A stretch of DNA of 55,744 bases, taken from positions 1 to 55,744 of IMG/VR virus record IMGVR_UViG_3300033076_001147; one strand, written 5' to 3'. The notes under the pieces are model-generated. The model saw only the letters and a program-made list of their open reading frames with translations, ran no database searches and was not told the origin of the DNA. Positions 16,767-26,028 of the stretch are shown in pieces. Each line of letters begins with the position of its first letter. The stretch's first letter is position 1. The position numbers and the translations under genes were made by a program. This DNA comes from a virus (lineage: Duplodnaviria; Caudoviricetes).

Positions 16767-19766
16767 GTGCCGAAGCTGAGCACACTCACCGCCGACCGCG
16801 TCGAGGAGTTCGTCCGGGCGCGCTTCGACGCGACAACGATCGCGCAAGCGCAGAAGCGCATCTTGCCTGTCCTGGCGGCGGCAAAGAAGGACTTGGACGC
16901 GCGCATCAAGGCGGCCACCCAGGCCGGCAACGTGTTCACGGCGCAGCAAGCCCAGGCGTACCGAGAGCAGCTCACCCAAGCAATGGTGAAGCTCGGGAAG
17001 GCTATGGCTCCTGCCGTTACCGGGGCGATGGTGACGGCGGCCGAGGATGGGCTGCATACGGTCGCGACCGTGCTGAGTATGGTCGGCACGAGCGGCGGCG
17101 TAGCGCCTGTGCCGTTCACCCAGCTCGCCCGGCTCACAGGCGCCTTCGGGCACGACTCCAGCTTGCTGCAGGAGTTCTACGACCGCGGCAACGCGAGCGC
17201 ACTGAACTACGGCATCGGTATGATCGGGCAGTTCGAGACGCTGCTCGCCAACGGGCTCGCCCAGGGCAAGTCGACCGACAAGATGAGCGACGCGATCCTC
17301 TCGTCGAACGCCGGATTCGGGGGAGCTTGGTGGAGGGCCGAGCGCATCGCCAGGACCGAGACGTCGTTCGCTTTCAACACGGCCGCGCGCGAGGGCGTTA
17401 CCGAGCTGCAGGACGACTACCCGGACACGCTCCTCCGATGGGTCGAGCACGTCACCGACGACTCGCGACAGCCGATGGATGACCGCGTCGGCGCGGACAG
17501 CTTGCGCCTCCACGGGCAGCTCCGGCTTCCGGGCCACCTGTTCAATGACCCCGTCAACAAGCGCGAGGTGCGCGAGCCGCCGAACAGGCCCAACGACCGG
17601 GCCGCACTCGTCATGTGGCGCGCGAGCTGGGGGGAGCCCCCAGGCGGTCTTGCCGCGCTCGACGACGAGAGCCGTGCGAGCTTCGACGAGGCGCTCAAAC
17701 GGCTCGCTGCGGCCAAAGCCGGCAAGGCCAAGGCCAAGAACGACGCAGAGGACGCCAAAGCGTTCAAGGCCCAGGACGACCGACTTGCGACGGAGAGTGA
17801 GCGGGCCGCCAGAGAGTCGGCCCAGGCCGACGCAGAAGCCAAGGCGGCAGCCGCGGCGAGAGCTGCAGCGGAGCAGGCCGCGCAGGCCGCGCAGGAGGCC
17901 GCCAGGGCCGCTGCAGAGGCCGCTTCTCTGGCCGCCGCGCAAGCGGCCGAGGCGGCCGCGCGGGAGGCCGCGAAGCAGGCCGCCATCCAGTCCCAGTTCT
18001 CGACAGCCGCCGACGTCGCGGGCGACATCTCAGACGTCATCGACCAACTTGCCGCGCTCGGCTACCAGTTCGACGTCAACGCGGCGAAGGACGCGGCCTG
18101 GGACAAGGTGCTCGTGGCGAAAGCCAACGCGACAGCGGCTGCCGTCCCGAAGGGGACCAAGCTGACGGCGGCGCAGATCGCGTCCGTAGACGCGGCCATC
18201 AAGGCGGGAATCCAGGCCAGCGACGTGCTCGCTGAAACCCTCGGCCCCGTCGCGACCGAGCTGAAGCTCAGCATCGAGGCAGATCTATCGGCCTGGGTAG
18301 ACGTCAACCTCATGCCGGGGCTGAACGCGGCCAAAAGCAGCGCAGACAACGCAACCGGCATCAAGTACCTGTCCAAGAACCAAAAGGCCCTACTGAAATC
18401 AATAACTTCCTCCATAGAGGACGGGTCCTTCGGGGCCAACCTGAAAGCCGAGGCGAAGCAAGCCGTCTACTCTTGGGGCCAGGGCGTCGACGACATCAAG
18501 GCGTACCAGTCGCTCACCGGCGACATGAAGGACCTCCTTGAGCAGAAGGCCCAAGGGACCATCACGACGCTCAAGACGCTGACGGACAAGGCGAGCGCGA
18601 ACGCGGCGCAGAGCGCGGCCAACAAGGCCGCCAAGAAGACGCAGGGGCCGCTGCCGCCGCCGACCCCGCCGACCCTGCCCGCCCAGCCGGTTCCGCCCGC
18701 GCCGCCGCCACTTCCCGTCATCGAGGCGCACCTGCAGGACGCCGCAGCCGCCATCTCTGGGATGGGCCACGCGGAGCTCGATGTAGTCGTCTCCAACGGA
18801 TGGCACACTGTAGTCCCCGACTACGACGCCAAGCTGGCGACCTTCAAGAGTGCCTTCGACGTGTTCTCGGCCTACAAGGAGTGGGTCGAAAACGTTGCCC
18901 CAGGCGCCGGGAGCACGGCGGCAGCGAAGCTCGTGGCAAAGATCCTGAGCGAGGCCGGCCTGCCGGCCGGGACGCAGTTCCGCGACTGGACCATGCCCGT
19001 CAAGCAAGCCCTGGCAAAAGCCGCCAAGGAGTCGTCCGACGCCATAGCGGCCGCCGTCGCATCCAGGGCTGCGGAGCCGTCGTTCGTTTCGTTCACGGCG
19101 AACCGACCCAAGGCCTTGAAGCGCCTCCCGCTCCCAACGCTCGGGGAGTACGTTCAGCACCCTGACAGGGCGTACAACCTGGAGGGCACGTTCTCGTTCC
19201 AGTACACGGACCCGAAGCCAGAGGAGTATGAGGCGATCCACAAGGCCTACACCGAAGCCGTATCAGGCGTCACCTCGGCAGCTCCGCTTGTCAGGAGGGA
19301 GCTTGACGACGCCATCCGGTACTTCACCGGAAGCACGTCGAACTGCGAATGGGCACGCGACCCAAGCAAGAAGGCAGGACAAGCCGGCTACGAGGAAGCG
19401 GCGCGGTGCAACCGCATCATCCAGGCACTGAGCGAGCGAAAGCGCGGGAGCGTGAAGCCAACGTTCCGCGGCATCGGCTTCAAGAAGAACATCGCCGACA
19501 GGCTGCAGGTTGGGAGGGTGTTCGACGGCGGCTCAGGCCAAAGCTGGTCGTTCTCCGAGTTAACCGCCTCTGGCTTCGCCGGCACGTCACACGGAGACAG
19601 GGTGGCCGTCGTCCTCCGGTGGTACGGGTCAGACGAGGGGTCCGACATCAGCAAGCTGTCTGTGTTCCCTTCCGAGAGCGAGGTCCTCATCGGCGGCAAG
19701 TTCCGAATCACGTCCCGAGAGGAAAAGAACGGCCGCGTCTACCTAACCGTCGAGAGGGCACCATGA
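16767..19766 (+). CDS. MuF/SPP1 gp7-like head morphogenesis protein with C-terminal ADP-ribosyltransferase domain
   Basis: RAERIARTET and PPNRPNDR MuF motifs; Ala-rich coiled coil and Pro linker; ART R-S-E motifs TFRG, QSWS, FPSESEVL. Confidence 0.82.
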   Translation: MPKLSTLTADRVEEFVRARFDATTIAQAQKRILPVLAAAKKDLDARIKAATQAGNVFTAQQAQAYREQLTQAMVKLGKAMAPAVTGAMVTAAEDGLHTVATVLSMVGTSGGVAPVPFTQLARLTGAFGHDSSLLQEFYDRGNASALNYGIGMIGQFETLLANGLAQGKSTDKMSDAILSSNAGFGGAWWRAERIARTETSFAFNTAAREGVTELQDDYPDTLLRWVEHVTDDSRQPMDDRVGADSLRLHGQLRLPGHLFNDPVNKREVREPPNRPNDRAALVMWRASWGEPPGGLAALDDESRASFDEALKRLAAAKAGKAKAKNDAEDAKAFKAQDDRLATESERAARESAQADAEAKAAAAARAAAEQAAQAAQEAARAAAEAASLAAAQAAEAAAREAAKQAAIQSQFSTAADVAGDISDVIDQLAALGYQFDVNAAKDAAWDKVLVAKANATAAAVPKGTKLTAAQIASVDAAIKAGIQASDVLAETLGPVATELKLSIEADLSAWVDVNLMPGLNAAKSSADNATGIKYLSKNQKALLKSITSSIEDGSFGANLKAEAKQAVYSWGQGVDDIKAYQSLTGDMKDLLEQKAQGTITTLKTLTDKASANAAQSAANKAAKKTQGPLPPPTPPTLPAQPVPPAPPPLPVIEAHLQDAAAAISGMGHAELDVVVSNGWHTVVPDYDAKLATFKSAFDVFSAYKEWVENVAPGAGSTAAAKLVAKILSEAGLPAGTQFRDWTMPVKQALAKAAKESSDAIAAAVASRAAEPSFVSFTANRPKALKRLPLPTLGEYVQHPDRAYNLEGTFSFQYTDPKPEEYEAIHKAYTEAVSGVTSAAPLVRRELDDAIRYFTGSTSNCEWARDPSKKAGQAGYEEAARCNRIIQALSERKRGSVKPTFRGIGFKKNIADRLQVGRVFDGGSGQSWSFSELTASGFAGTSHGDRVAVVLRWYGSDEGSDISKLSVFPSESEVLIGGKFRITSREEKNGRVYLTVERAP

Positions 19767-19984
19767 CGACCATGACGACCGAGGCACCTGGCGACGCTCT
19801 CATCACACTCACGCCCGAGGAGCAGGCTGAGTGGGACAGAGCGTGGGCCGTCCGGAACGCGCCAACGCCAGAACTCATCGCGGACATCGAAGCGTTCCGC
19901 GCCATCTACGGGGTTGACCCCGAGACCTACAAGGCTCAGCTTCGGCTCGCAGCCAGGACAGCGAAAGCTCAGGAGACCCCATGA
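19763..19984 (+). CDS. small protein, candidate immunity partner of MuF-ART
   Basis: ATGA-coupled directly behind the toxin domain. Confidence 0.45.
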   Translation: MTTMTTEAPGDALITLTPEEQAEWDRAWAVRNAPTPELIADIEAFRAIYGVDPETYKAQLRLAARTAKAQETP

Positions 19985-20370
19985 CCACGTTCCTTGCGTC
20001 CAGCGACAACTCACTGCAGACCCGAACCACGCTCCCAAGCGGCTCTTCCGCGAGCGCGTACATCCAGGCGAGCTTGCGGACCGACCGCCATCAGATCCTG
20101 TTCCTGTCGGCGAGCGCGCAGACGATCGATCTCGATGCCGCCCTGCCGGAGTTTGGGGCGGACGCCTTCGGCGCTGCCGTCGCACCAGACCTCTCTGGCA
20201 TCGCCGCGGATGAGTGGGTCGTTGGCGAGAGCGCGTGGACCGGGCTGTCCAGCGGCATCCAGGTCGTCGCCAGCGGCGTCTTCGCCGGCTTCCGTGTCAC
20301 GCCGAACGGCGGCGCACTCTCGGACGACGTCGTCGTCGTCTACCGGCCCCTCCCGCCGACCGGCGGCTGA
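19981..20370 (+). CDS. hypothetical (probable virion) protein
   Basis: ATGA coupling, beta-rich composition. Confidence 0.55.
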   Translation: MTTFLASSDNSLQTRTTLPSGSSASAYIQASLRTDRHQILFLSASAQTIDLDAALPEFGADAFGAAVAPDLSGIAADEWVVGESAWTGLSSGIQVVASGVFAGFRVTPNGGALSDDVVVVYRPLPPTGG

Positions 20371-20385
20371 CGGCTCGCCAGGGGC

Positions 20386-20414
20386 TTGACAGCGAGCAGG
20401 ACGCTCCCCACGAT
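20386..20414 (+). promoter_or_regulatory. sigma70-type promoter
   Basis: TTGACA-17 nt-CACGAT; ATG at 20422 with no SD sequence. Confidence 0.55.
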
Positions 20415-20421
20415 GCGGCGC

Positions 20422-20589
20422 ATGTACGTCCGAGAAGACGAACCCCGCCGACAGCCCCGCGCAACCGAGGTTCCGCCGGTCAGCAACGACCGGCCCGGAA
20501 CCAAGGGCGTCGGCCCCATCGGCATCCCCGACAGCGACCGCACGCCGGTCAAGAACCCCAAGAACCCGATCAAGGGAGGGAACCGATGA
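20422..20589 (+). CDS. small Pro-rich protein, possibly leaderless
   Basis: ATG near the predicted transcription start; coupled to the next gene. Confidence 0.5.
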   Translation: MYVREDEPRRQPRATEVPPVSNDRPGTKGVGPIGIPDSDRTPVKNPKNPIKGGNR

Positions 20590-20891
20590 ACGCGCTCACC
20601 GACAAGGCCGGCAGCGGCTCGAAGCTCGGCAGCTACGACGCCAAGGCGGGCCTCCCGGCCGGGAAGGCCCAGGCCGCCGCGCAGGGCTCGAACAACGAGG
20701 ACATGGGACCGAACGGCCCCGGTCGAATCGTCCAGCACGAGGGCGGCGTGAAGTTCGGCGCCGGCACCGGGCCGAACCGCGCCACCCTGGACGCCGGCAA
20801 GCTGAACGCGCCCGCCCAGAAGGTCGCGAGCGCGCAGGAGCAGGTGAACCTCGGGGCGCCGCCCAAGAGCAAGGGCAAGGCCTGGAAGTGA
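20586..20891 (+). CDS. hypothetical Gly/Ala/Lys-rich protein
   Basis: GGAGG RBS and very strong codon bias. Confidence 0.65.
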   Translation: MNALTDKAGSGSKLGSYDAKAGLPAGKAQAAAQGSNNEDMGPNGPGRIVQHEGGVKFGAGTGPNRATLDAGKLNAPAQKVASAQEQVNLGAPPKSKGKAWK

Positions 20892-21247
20892 GCCTTCGCG
20901 TCGACGTCAACGGGTCGCTGGCGATCTCGCCGCCGACAGGACAGCCGCTCAGCTCGCCTGCCGGCACGCTGGCTGTGCGCACGACGGCGTACATGCCCTT
21001 CCAGCAGGGCGGCTCGTGGCGATCCGAGGCTGGCGACAACGCCATCGACCTGGGCCCCATCACCAACGTCCGCGCGCTCCTGTTCCGTGCGGACACCCCA
21101 TGCGTCCTCAAGCTGACGAGCGGGGCGGGCACGGACAAGGCGATCCCCCTGGACGGGCTCGTCCAGCTCCTCTGTCAGAACAGCCCTGTCACGGGCATCA
21201 CCATCACCGGGGCCTCATCGGGCACCTACAGCATCGCCGGAGACTGA
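20888..21247 (+). CDS. hypothetical virion protein
   Basis: GTGA coupling; located in the head module. Confidence 0.6.
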   Translation: MSLRVDVNGSLAISPPTGQPLSSPAGTLAVRTTAYMPFQQGGSWRSEAGDNAIDLGPITNVRALLFRADTPCVLKLTSGAGTDKAIPLDGLVQLLCQNSPVTGITITGASSGTYSIAGD

Positions 21248-21251
21248 CGCC

Positions 21252-21659
21252 ATGACCGAGACCTTCACGCCGACCGTCCTGACCACGCTCGAAGGCTGCT
21301 CGCCGACCCAGCTCGCCGACGCGCTTCGACTTCTCGGCTTCGGCAAGTTCTTCGAGAACCTGTCCGCCCCCAAGACCAAGGCCGGCACCATCCCGGGCAC
21401 CCCGTTCCAGATCACGCTCGACAACACGCCCATCTCGGGCACCGTCCGCATCGTCGCATCTTCCACCGGCGTGCTGACCGAGAAGATCACCGGCTCCCCC
21501 GGCTCCGGGCAGTTCTCCGTGAACGGGCGCACCATCACGTTCAACACGGCCCAGGCCGCGCAGACCTACTCGCTGGAATACGCCTCCTGCGACGCGGGCG
21601 AGGACGGCGTGACCACCCTCGCCGACGCCATCGCGCAGGAGATCGGCACCGGCACCTGA
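21252..21659 (+). CDS. hypothetical virion (decoration-like) protein
   Basis: Strong codon bias, Thr/Gly-rich. Confidence 0.6.
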   Translation: MTETFTPTVLTTLEGCSPTQLADALRLLGFGKFFENLSAPKTKAGTIPGTPFQITLDNTPISGTVRIVASSTGVLTEKITGSPGSGQFSVNGRTITFNTAQAAQTYSLEYASCDAGEDGVTTLADAIAQEIGTGT

Positions 21660-21669
21660 TACCCAGCCA

Positions 21670-21928
21670 GACCCGCATCCTAACCCCCCATGGCGGTCCC
21701 ATGGGGCGGCCGATGCGGGTCGGCCCTCTGCCGGCACTCCGCGGGGAGTGGCGCCTTTTGGCGCGACGTGGGGTTCGACTCCCTTGGCCGGCACTACGAC
21801 CGCCGCTATCTTGCCCCGCACGCCGGGTCAGGAGAGCGGAAAGAAGCGGTCCTCATGTCCGCGCCTCGCCGTTGGTGGTTCGACTCCACCCCCTGCGCGC
21901 CACGGACAACGCTCACCACCGACCCGGC
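21670..21928 (+). ncRNA. structured leader with two tRNA T-arm-like hairpins
   Basis: GGGTTCGACTCCC at 21771-21783 and GGTGGTTCGACTCCACC at 21874-21890, inside nested stems. Confidence 0.55.
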
Positions 21929-21949
21929 CGGCAGCCGCGGAGAGCAAGA

Positions 21950-22726
21950 ATGAAGATCCGAAGCAAGTTCTTTGACATCCAGCACAGTGAACCAACCGGC
22001 GTCGCGTCCATCGACGACGGCGCGGGCGACGCTGGCGGCGACACCGGCAGCAACGACAAGCCGCCGAAGACCAATGAGGCCAAGGAGCCCGAGGAGGACG
22101 ACGCTGGCCCGTCGACCGTGACCCTTGGCCGCAAGGCGTTCAACGACCGCATCGATCGGGCCAAAAGGGCTGGCCGCACCGAGCTGCTCCGCATGTTCGG
22201 AGTCGACACGGACGAGGAGCTGGCCGACCTTGCCGAGCGCCTCAAGGGCGACAAGCCGAAGCCCGAGCCGAAGCAGGAGCAGAAGGCCGGCAGCGGCGAC
22301 GTCGAGGCCATCCGGCGGCAGTACGAGGCCCAGCTCAAGCGGGCCGACAAGCAGCGCGAGGCCGAGGTCGAAGCCGTCCGCACGCAAGCCCGCCTGGAGC
22401 GAATGGCTGAGCGCGCCGGCATCGCGGACGAGGAGATCGAGTACGCGATCGAGCGCCTCAAGAGGCACGTCACCGGCCTCAGCGAGAAGCAGGCCGACAA
22501 GTTCGATGCCGCCGCGTGGTTCGCTGATCTGGTCGAAAAGCATCCGACCCTCAAGACAACGCAGGACAAGCCTGCGACGACGGGGACCGGAGGGGCGGCA
22601 GAGGGCAAGGCCGGCAAGGCCGGGCCACCTGCGCCCAAGGACCCGAAGGGTCCAACGTTCAACGCCATGAGCGCTACCTCCAAAGAGGTCGCGCAGCGAC
22701 TGGCAGAGCTTCGCCGCCGGAAGTGA
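21950..22726 (+). CDS. capsid scaffolding protein
   Basis: Charged coiled-coil protein directly before the capsid gene. Confidence 0.75.
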   Translation: MKIRSKFFDIQHSEPTGVASIDDGAGDAGGDTGSNDKPPKTNEAKEPEEDDAGPSTVTLGRKAFNDRIDRAKRAGRTELLRMFGVDTDEELADLAERLKGDKPKPEPKQEQKAGSGDVEAIRRQYEAQLKRADKQREAEVEAVRTQARLERMAERAGIADEEIEYAIERLKRHVTGLSEKQADKFDAAAWFADLVEKHPTLKTTQDKPATTGTGGAAEGKAGKAGPPAPKDPKGPTFNAMSATSKEVAQRLAELRRRK

Positions 22727-22776
22727 CCCCGGCCAGCGGTGAGGGCAACAACTGAGGGGGCTAGCAGGAGACGCCC

Positions 22777-24165
22777 ATGCCGCCGAGCTGGAGCACCATC
22801 ATCCAGGACCCGTACACGCGCGACGTCGTGCAGGAGAACATGCTGACGCGCGCCATTCACGACCCCCTCGCGCCGAAGCAGCTGTTCCGGGCGGAGGCCA
22901 AGTTCGACCTCTGGGAGGCCAACGTCGGCGACTCGATGGTGTTCACCGTCGGTGGCACGATGCCGAAGCGCGGCCGGGCGCGACGGCCGGGCGTTGACCC
23001 GACCCCGGACGTCCAGGCGTTCGAGCAGTACGTCGCGACCATCCAGCGGTACGACGGCAGCGTGGACGTCCACCACCCGTCGGCCGTCCGCGCCATCGTC
23101 GACCTCGTCCTCCAGAAGGCCGCCATCCTGGGCCTCCAGGCCGGCATGACGATGGACTCCGCTGTCCGCAACCGCCTGTTCGGCGTCGGGCTCAGCGGCA
23201 ACACGTTCGCCGACGGCGCGGGCTCGACCTCGACGAGCCTGCTCGTTCCGTGCGTGTACGGCTTCCACGAGGCGCGAGCGGCGGGACAGGCGCGCTTCTC
23301 TGCCGTGAGCCCGAGCAACCCGCTCGCCATCACCATCGGGGCCTCGACGGCGGCTGTCGTCGTCGGCTGCGCGCCGACCTTCAATTCGCCCGAGGGCATC
23401 TACGGTCCCGGCGTCCTGACGCTCCAGGCGGCCGCGACCTGGAGTGACCTCGCGCGCGTCGTCGCTGTGGACGGCTCCCCCATCGTCCGCGCCGGAGGCG
23501 GCAGCACGATGGAGGCGCTGACGTCGAGCGACAAGCTGACGCTCAGCATGGTCCGCCAGGGCGTCGCGTACCTGCGGAGCAACAACGTGCCGACCCACCC
23601 GGACGGCTACTACCACGTCCACCTGGACCCGGAGAGCGAGCAGCAGATCCAGAACGACTCCGACTGGAAGACGGCCTACACCGCCGGGTGGGAGACGATG
23701 GAGTTCCGCGAGCTGGTCATCGGCGTGGCCGCGAGCTGCATCTTCTACCGCAACACCCAGTGCCCGACGGCGGCCACCGTGCAGGACGAGACGGGCGACG
23801 GCTTCGACATCGACGACGCCTTTCCGGGCGGCACGGCGTACCTCCAGAACAGCTCCGGCGTGAACGTCCACCGGGCCATCATCACGGGCGGCGAGGCCCT
23901 GGTCGAGAAGTTCAGCGACCCCGACCTCCTGTTCGAGAACGAAGTCCAGGGCGGCAAGGTCGGCTGGTTCGACGTCTCCATGAGCGGCGTCCAGATCATC
24001 ACCGACCGCGTCAAGTTCGTGTGGCGCCCGCCCATGAACCGCACGATGGACGAGTCCTCGATGTCGTGGCTGTTCGACGGCGACTGGGCCTGCCGCACCG
24101 ACTCGCTCACCGGCGGCGCGGCGCGCTACAAGCGCGTCGTGGTGCTGGAGCACGCCGGGCTGTAA
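22777..24165 (+). CDS. major capsid protein
   Basis: 462 aa, extreme codon bias, position after scaffold; GDSMVF and YYHVHLDP motifs consistent with an HK97 fold. Confidence 0.8.
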   Translation: MPPSWSTIIQDPYTRDVVQENMLTRAIHDPLAPKQLFRAEAKFDLWEANVGDSMVFTVGGTMPKRGRARRPGVDPTPDVQAFEQYVATIQRYDGSVDVHHPSAVRAIVDLVLQKAAILGLQAGMTMDSAVRNRLFGVGLSGNTFADGAGSTSTSLLVPCVYGFHEARAAGQARFSAVSPSNPLAITIGASTAAVVVGCAPTFNSPEGIYGPGVLTLQAAATWSDLARVVAVDGSPIVRAGGGSTMEALTSSDKLTLSMVRQGVAYLRSNNVPTHPDGYYHVHLDPESEQQIQNDSDWKTAYTAGWETMEFRELVIGVAASCIFYRNTQCPTAATVQDETGDGFDIDDAFPGGTAYLQNSSGVNVHRAIITGGEALVEKFSDPDLLFENEVQGGKVGWFDVSMSGVQIITDRVKFVWRPPMNRTMDESSMSWLFDGDWACRTDSLTGGAARYKRVVVLEHAGL

Positions 24166-24359
24166 GCCCGGGTGGCCGCGGAGCAGGAACGGGGCGCCGC
24201 TGAGACGCCCCCAGCGAACACCTGCTCCCCGGCCCCTGCCCTTGCTCCCCGGCTCGGCCGAGGGTATCTCCTGAGGGTCACCCCCGCGAGCCCGGCAGCG
24301 GGACCCAAAGTGCCGGAAACGACCACGGAGAGGCCCGGTCAGGGCCGGGAGCAAGGCAA

Positions 24360-24809
24360 GTGCCGCGAGCCAAGAAGACGCCGATCGACCCCGTCGCAGC
24401 GACCATCCCGCCGGCCCCCGAGCCCAAGCCGGCCCCGGCCAAGCCGGGCAAGCCGGGCAAGCCGGCCAGCGAAGGGGCTGTCCCGTGGAGCGCGCTCGCC
24501 GAGCCCGCTTCCGTTCCGACGCTCGTTCCGAGCTTGGCCCCGAAGGCGCGACAGCCGTCCGTCGAGCCGTTCTGCCAAGTCTTCCGCGCGGCACACGTCC
24601 AGCTTACCGGCTACAACGGGGTCCTGTCGGTCGGTAAGACCTTGCGCGAGTCGCACTACCTGCCGCGCGACTGGGACACCATCATCCGTCACGAGGAGGA
24701 GCTGGACCTCCGGCCGCGCCCGTCGGCGCTGCGTGCCGAGGCCAAGGCCAAGGCCGACAAGGCGGCCGCCGTCGACACCTCCGACGCCGACGGCGTCGAG
24801 AACGAGTAA
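24360..24809 (+). CDS. hypothetical protein
   Basis: ORF after the capsid gene, Pro/Lys-rich N-terminus. Confidence 0.55.
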   Translation: MPRAKKTPIDPVAATIPPAPEPKPAPAKPGKPGKPASEGAVPWSALAEPASVPTLVPSLAPKARQPSVEPFCQVFRAAHVQLTGYNGVLSVGKTLRESHYLPRDWDTIIRHEEELDLRPRPSALRAEAKAKADKAAAVDTSDADGVENE

Positions 24810-24812
24810 CCC

Positions 24813-25208
24813 ATGCCGCTGACCGCCGAGGAGCGGGCACGCGTCAGGCGAGCCCTCGGGTTCCTGAACGTGACCGCCGGGAGCGCGCTGGCTTACGGCT
24901 TCCCGCTGAACGCCCCGCTCCTGACCCTCGTCGAGGCGCGGATGGACGCACTAACCGTCCCGGGGGAGGCGCTCGTCCGAGAGGACCTTGCCCGTTACGA
25001 AAGCGTCCGCGAGCAGCTCGGGACCGTCGGCCCCCGCCTCAAGGCCGAGTCCATCAAGGACATCAAGACCAACCCGCGCGAGACCGAGCAGCTCCAGGGC
25101 CTTCTCGACTACTGGCGCGACCGCATCGCGGACGACCTGGGCGTTCCGCCCAATCAACGAACGTGGACCTCCGGCACCGGAGGTCTCAACGCCCCCGTGA
25201 GGTGCTGA
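24813..25208 (+). CDS. head-tail adaptor-like protein
   Basis: Size, helical character (LTAEERARVRRALGF) and synteny. Confidence 0.55.
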   Translation: MPLTAEERARVRRALGFLNVTAGSALAYGFPLNAPLLTLVEARMDALTVPGEALVREDLARYESVREQLGTVGPRLKAESIKDIKTNPRETEQLQGLLDYWRDRIADDLGVPPNQRTWTSGTGGLNAPVRC

Positions 25209-25209
25209 C

Positions 25210-26028
25210 GTGCTCTCCATCGACCAGACGCTCTCCGCGAGCCTCCGGCAGGTCGCCGACACCGAGACCCTCCAGCGCATCGGGCCGCCACAGCGGTCGC
25301 TGCGCGATCTCGTGTTCTGCCAGGGCTCCTCGACCGTCTACTGGTACGACACCAGCGCAACCGACCCTGGCACGCAAGACATCGCACCGATGGACGGCCC
25401 GGGACTCTGGCGCGTCCTGGCAACACCGCCGGCAGCCGTGGCGGCCGAGGCCGTGACCTTCGACCCGCCGGAATCCGGCCCCATGAGCACGGCCGGCAAC
25501 GTGCAGGAGGCGCTCCAGGCGGCGAACCTCGTCCTCCTCGGAGGCGTCGAGCAGCCCGCCAACGACACCCTGACGGAAACGGGCCTCTACGCCACCGCGC
25601 TGTCGTTCGCGGGAGCCGACCTTTCCATCGGACAGGTCTACGAGTTCGAGGCCATCCAGGCCCTGGCCGCGCTCTCTGGCGGGACCTTCACGACGGAGCT
25701 TGTCATCGGAGACACGCCGACCCGCATCGCCATGCTGCGCGCCTGGACCCCCAGCGACCTTGGCAACCCCGCCACGATCGCCATGCACGCCTTCGTCACC
25801 GTCTGCGAGACGGGCGGCGGGTCCGTCGGGTTCTACGTCAACGGCACCTCCACCGGCGCCGAGGCAGACGCGGGGGCTCCGGCCGCAAGCCAGCGTCCTG
25901 TCATCGGCCTCGTCCAGGTGGACCTCGACGGGGCATCAGCCCTGCCCGTCGGCGTGTACGTCCAGACGGACGAAGGCGAGACGTGCGACGCCCAGCTCCT
26001 CCAGCTCAGGTGGAGGCGCGTGCAATGA
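25210..26028 (+). CDS. hypothetical virion protein
   Basis: NVQEAL motif seen in fibre proteins, beta-rich C-terminus. Confidence 0.5.
   Translation: MLSIDQTLSASLRQVADTETLQRIGPPQRSLRDLVFCQGSSTVYWYDTSATDPGTQDIAPMDGPGLWRVLATPPAAVAAEAVTFDPPESGPMSTAGNVQEALQAANLVLLGGVEQPANDTLTETGLYATALSFAGADLSIGQVYEFEAIQALAALSGGTFTTELVIGDTPTRIAMLRAWTPSDLGNPATIAMHAFVTVCETGGGSVGFYVNGTSTGAEADAGAPAASQRPVIGLVQVDLDGASALPVGVYVQTDEGETCDAQLLQLRWRRVQ

Noticed and set aside
21729-21890. Canonical tRNA genes
   Set aside because: T-arms are present, but there is no 7-nt anticodon loop, D-loop consensus or CCA. Reported as tRNA-like instead.
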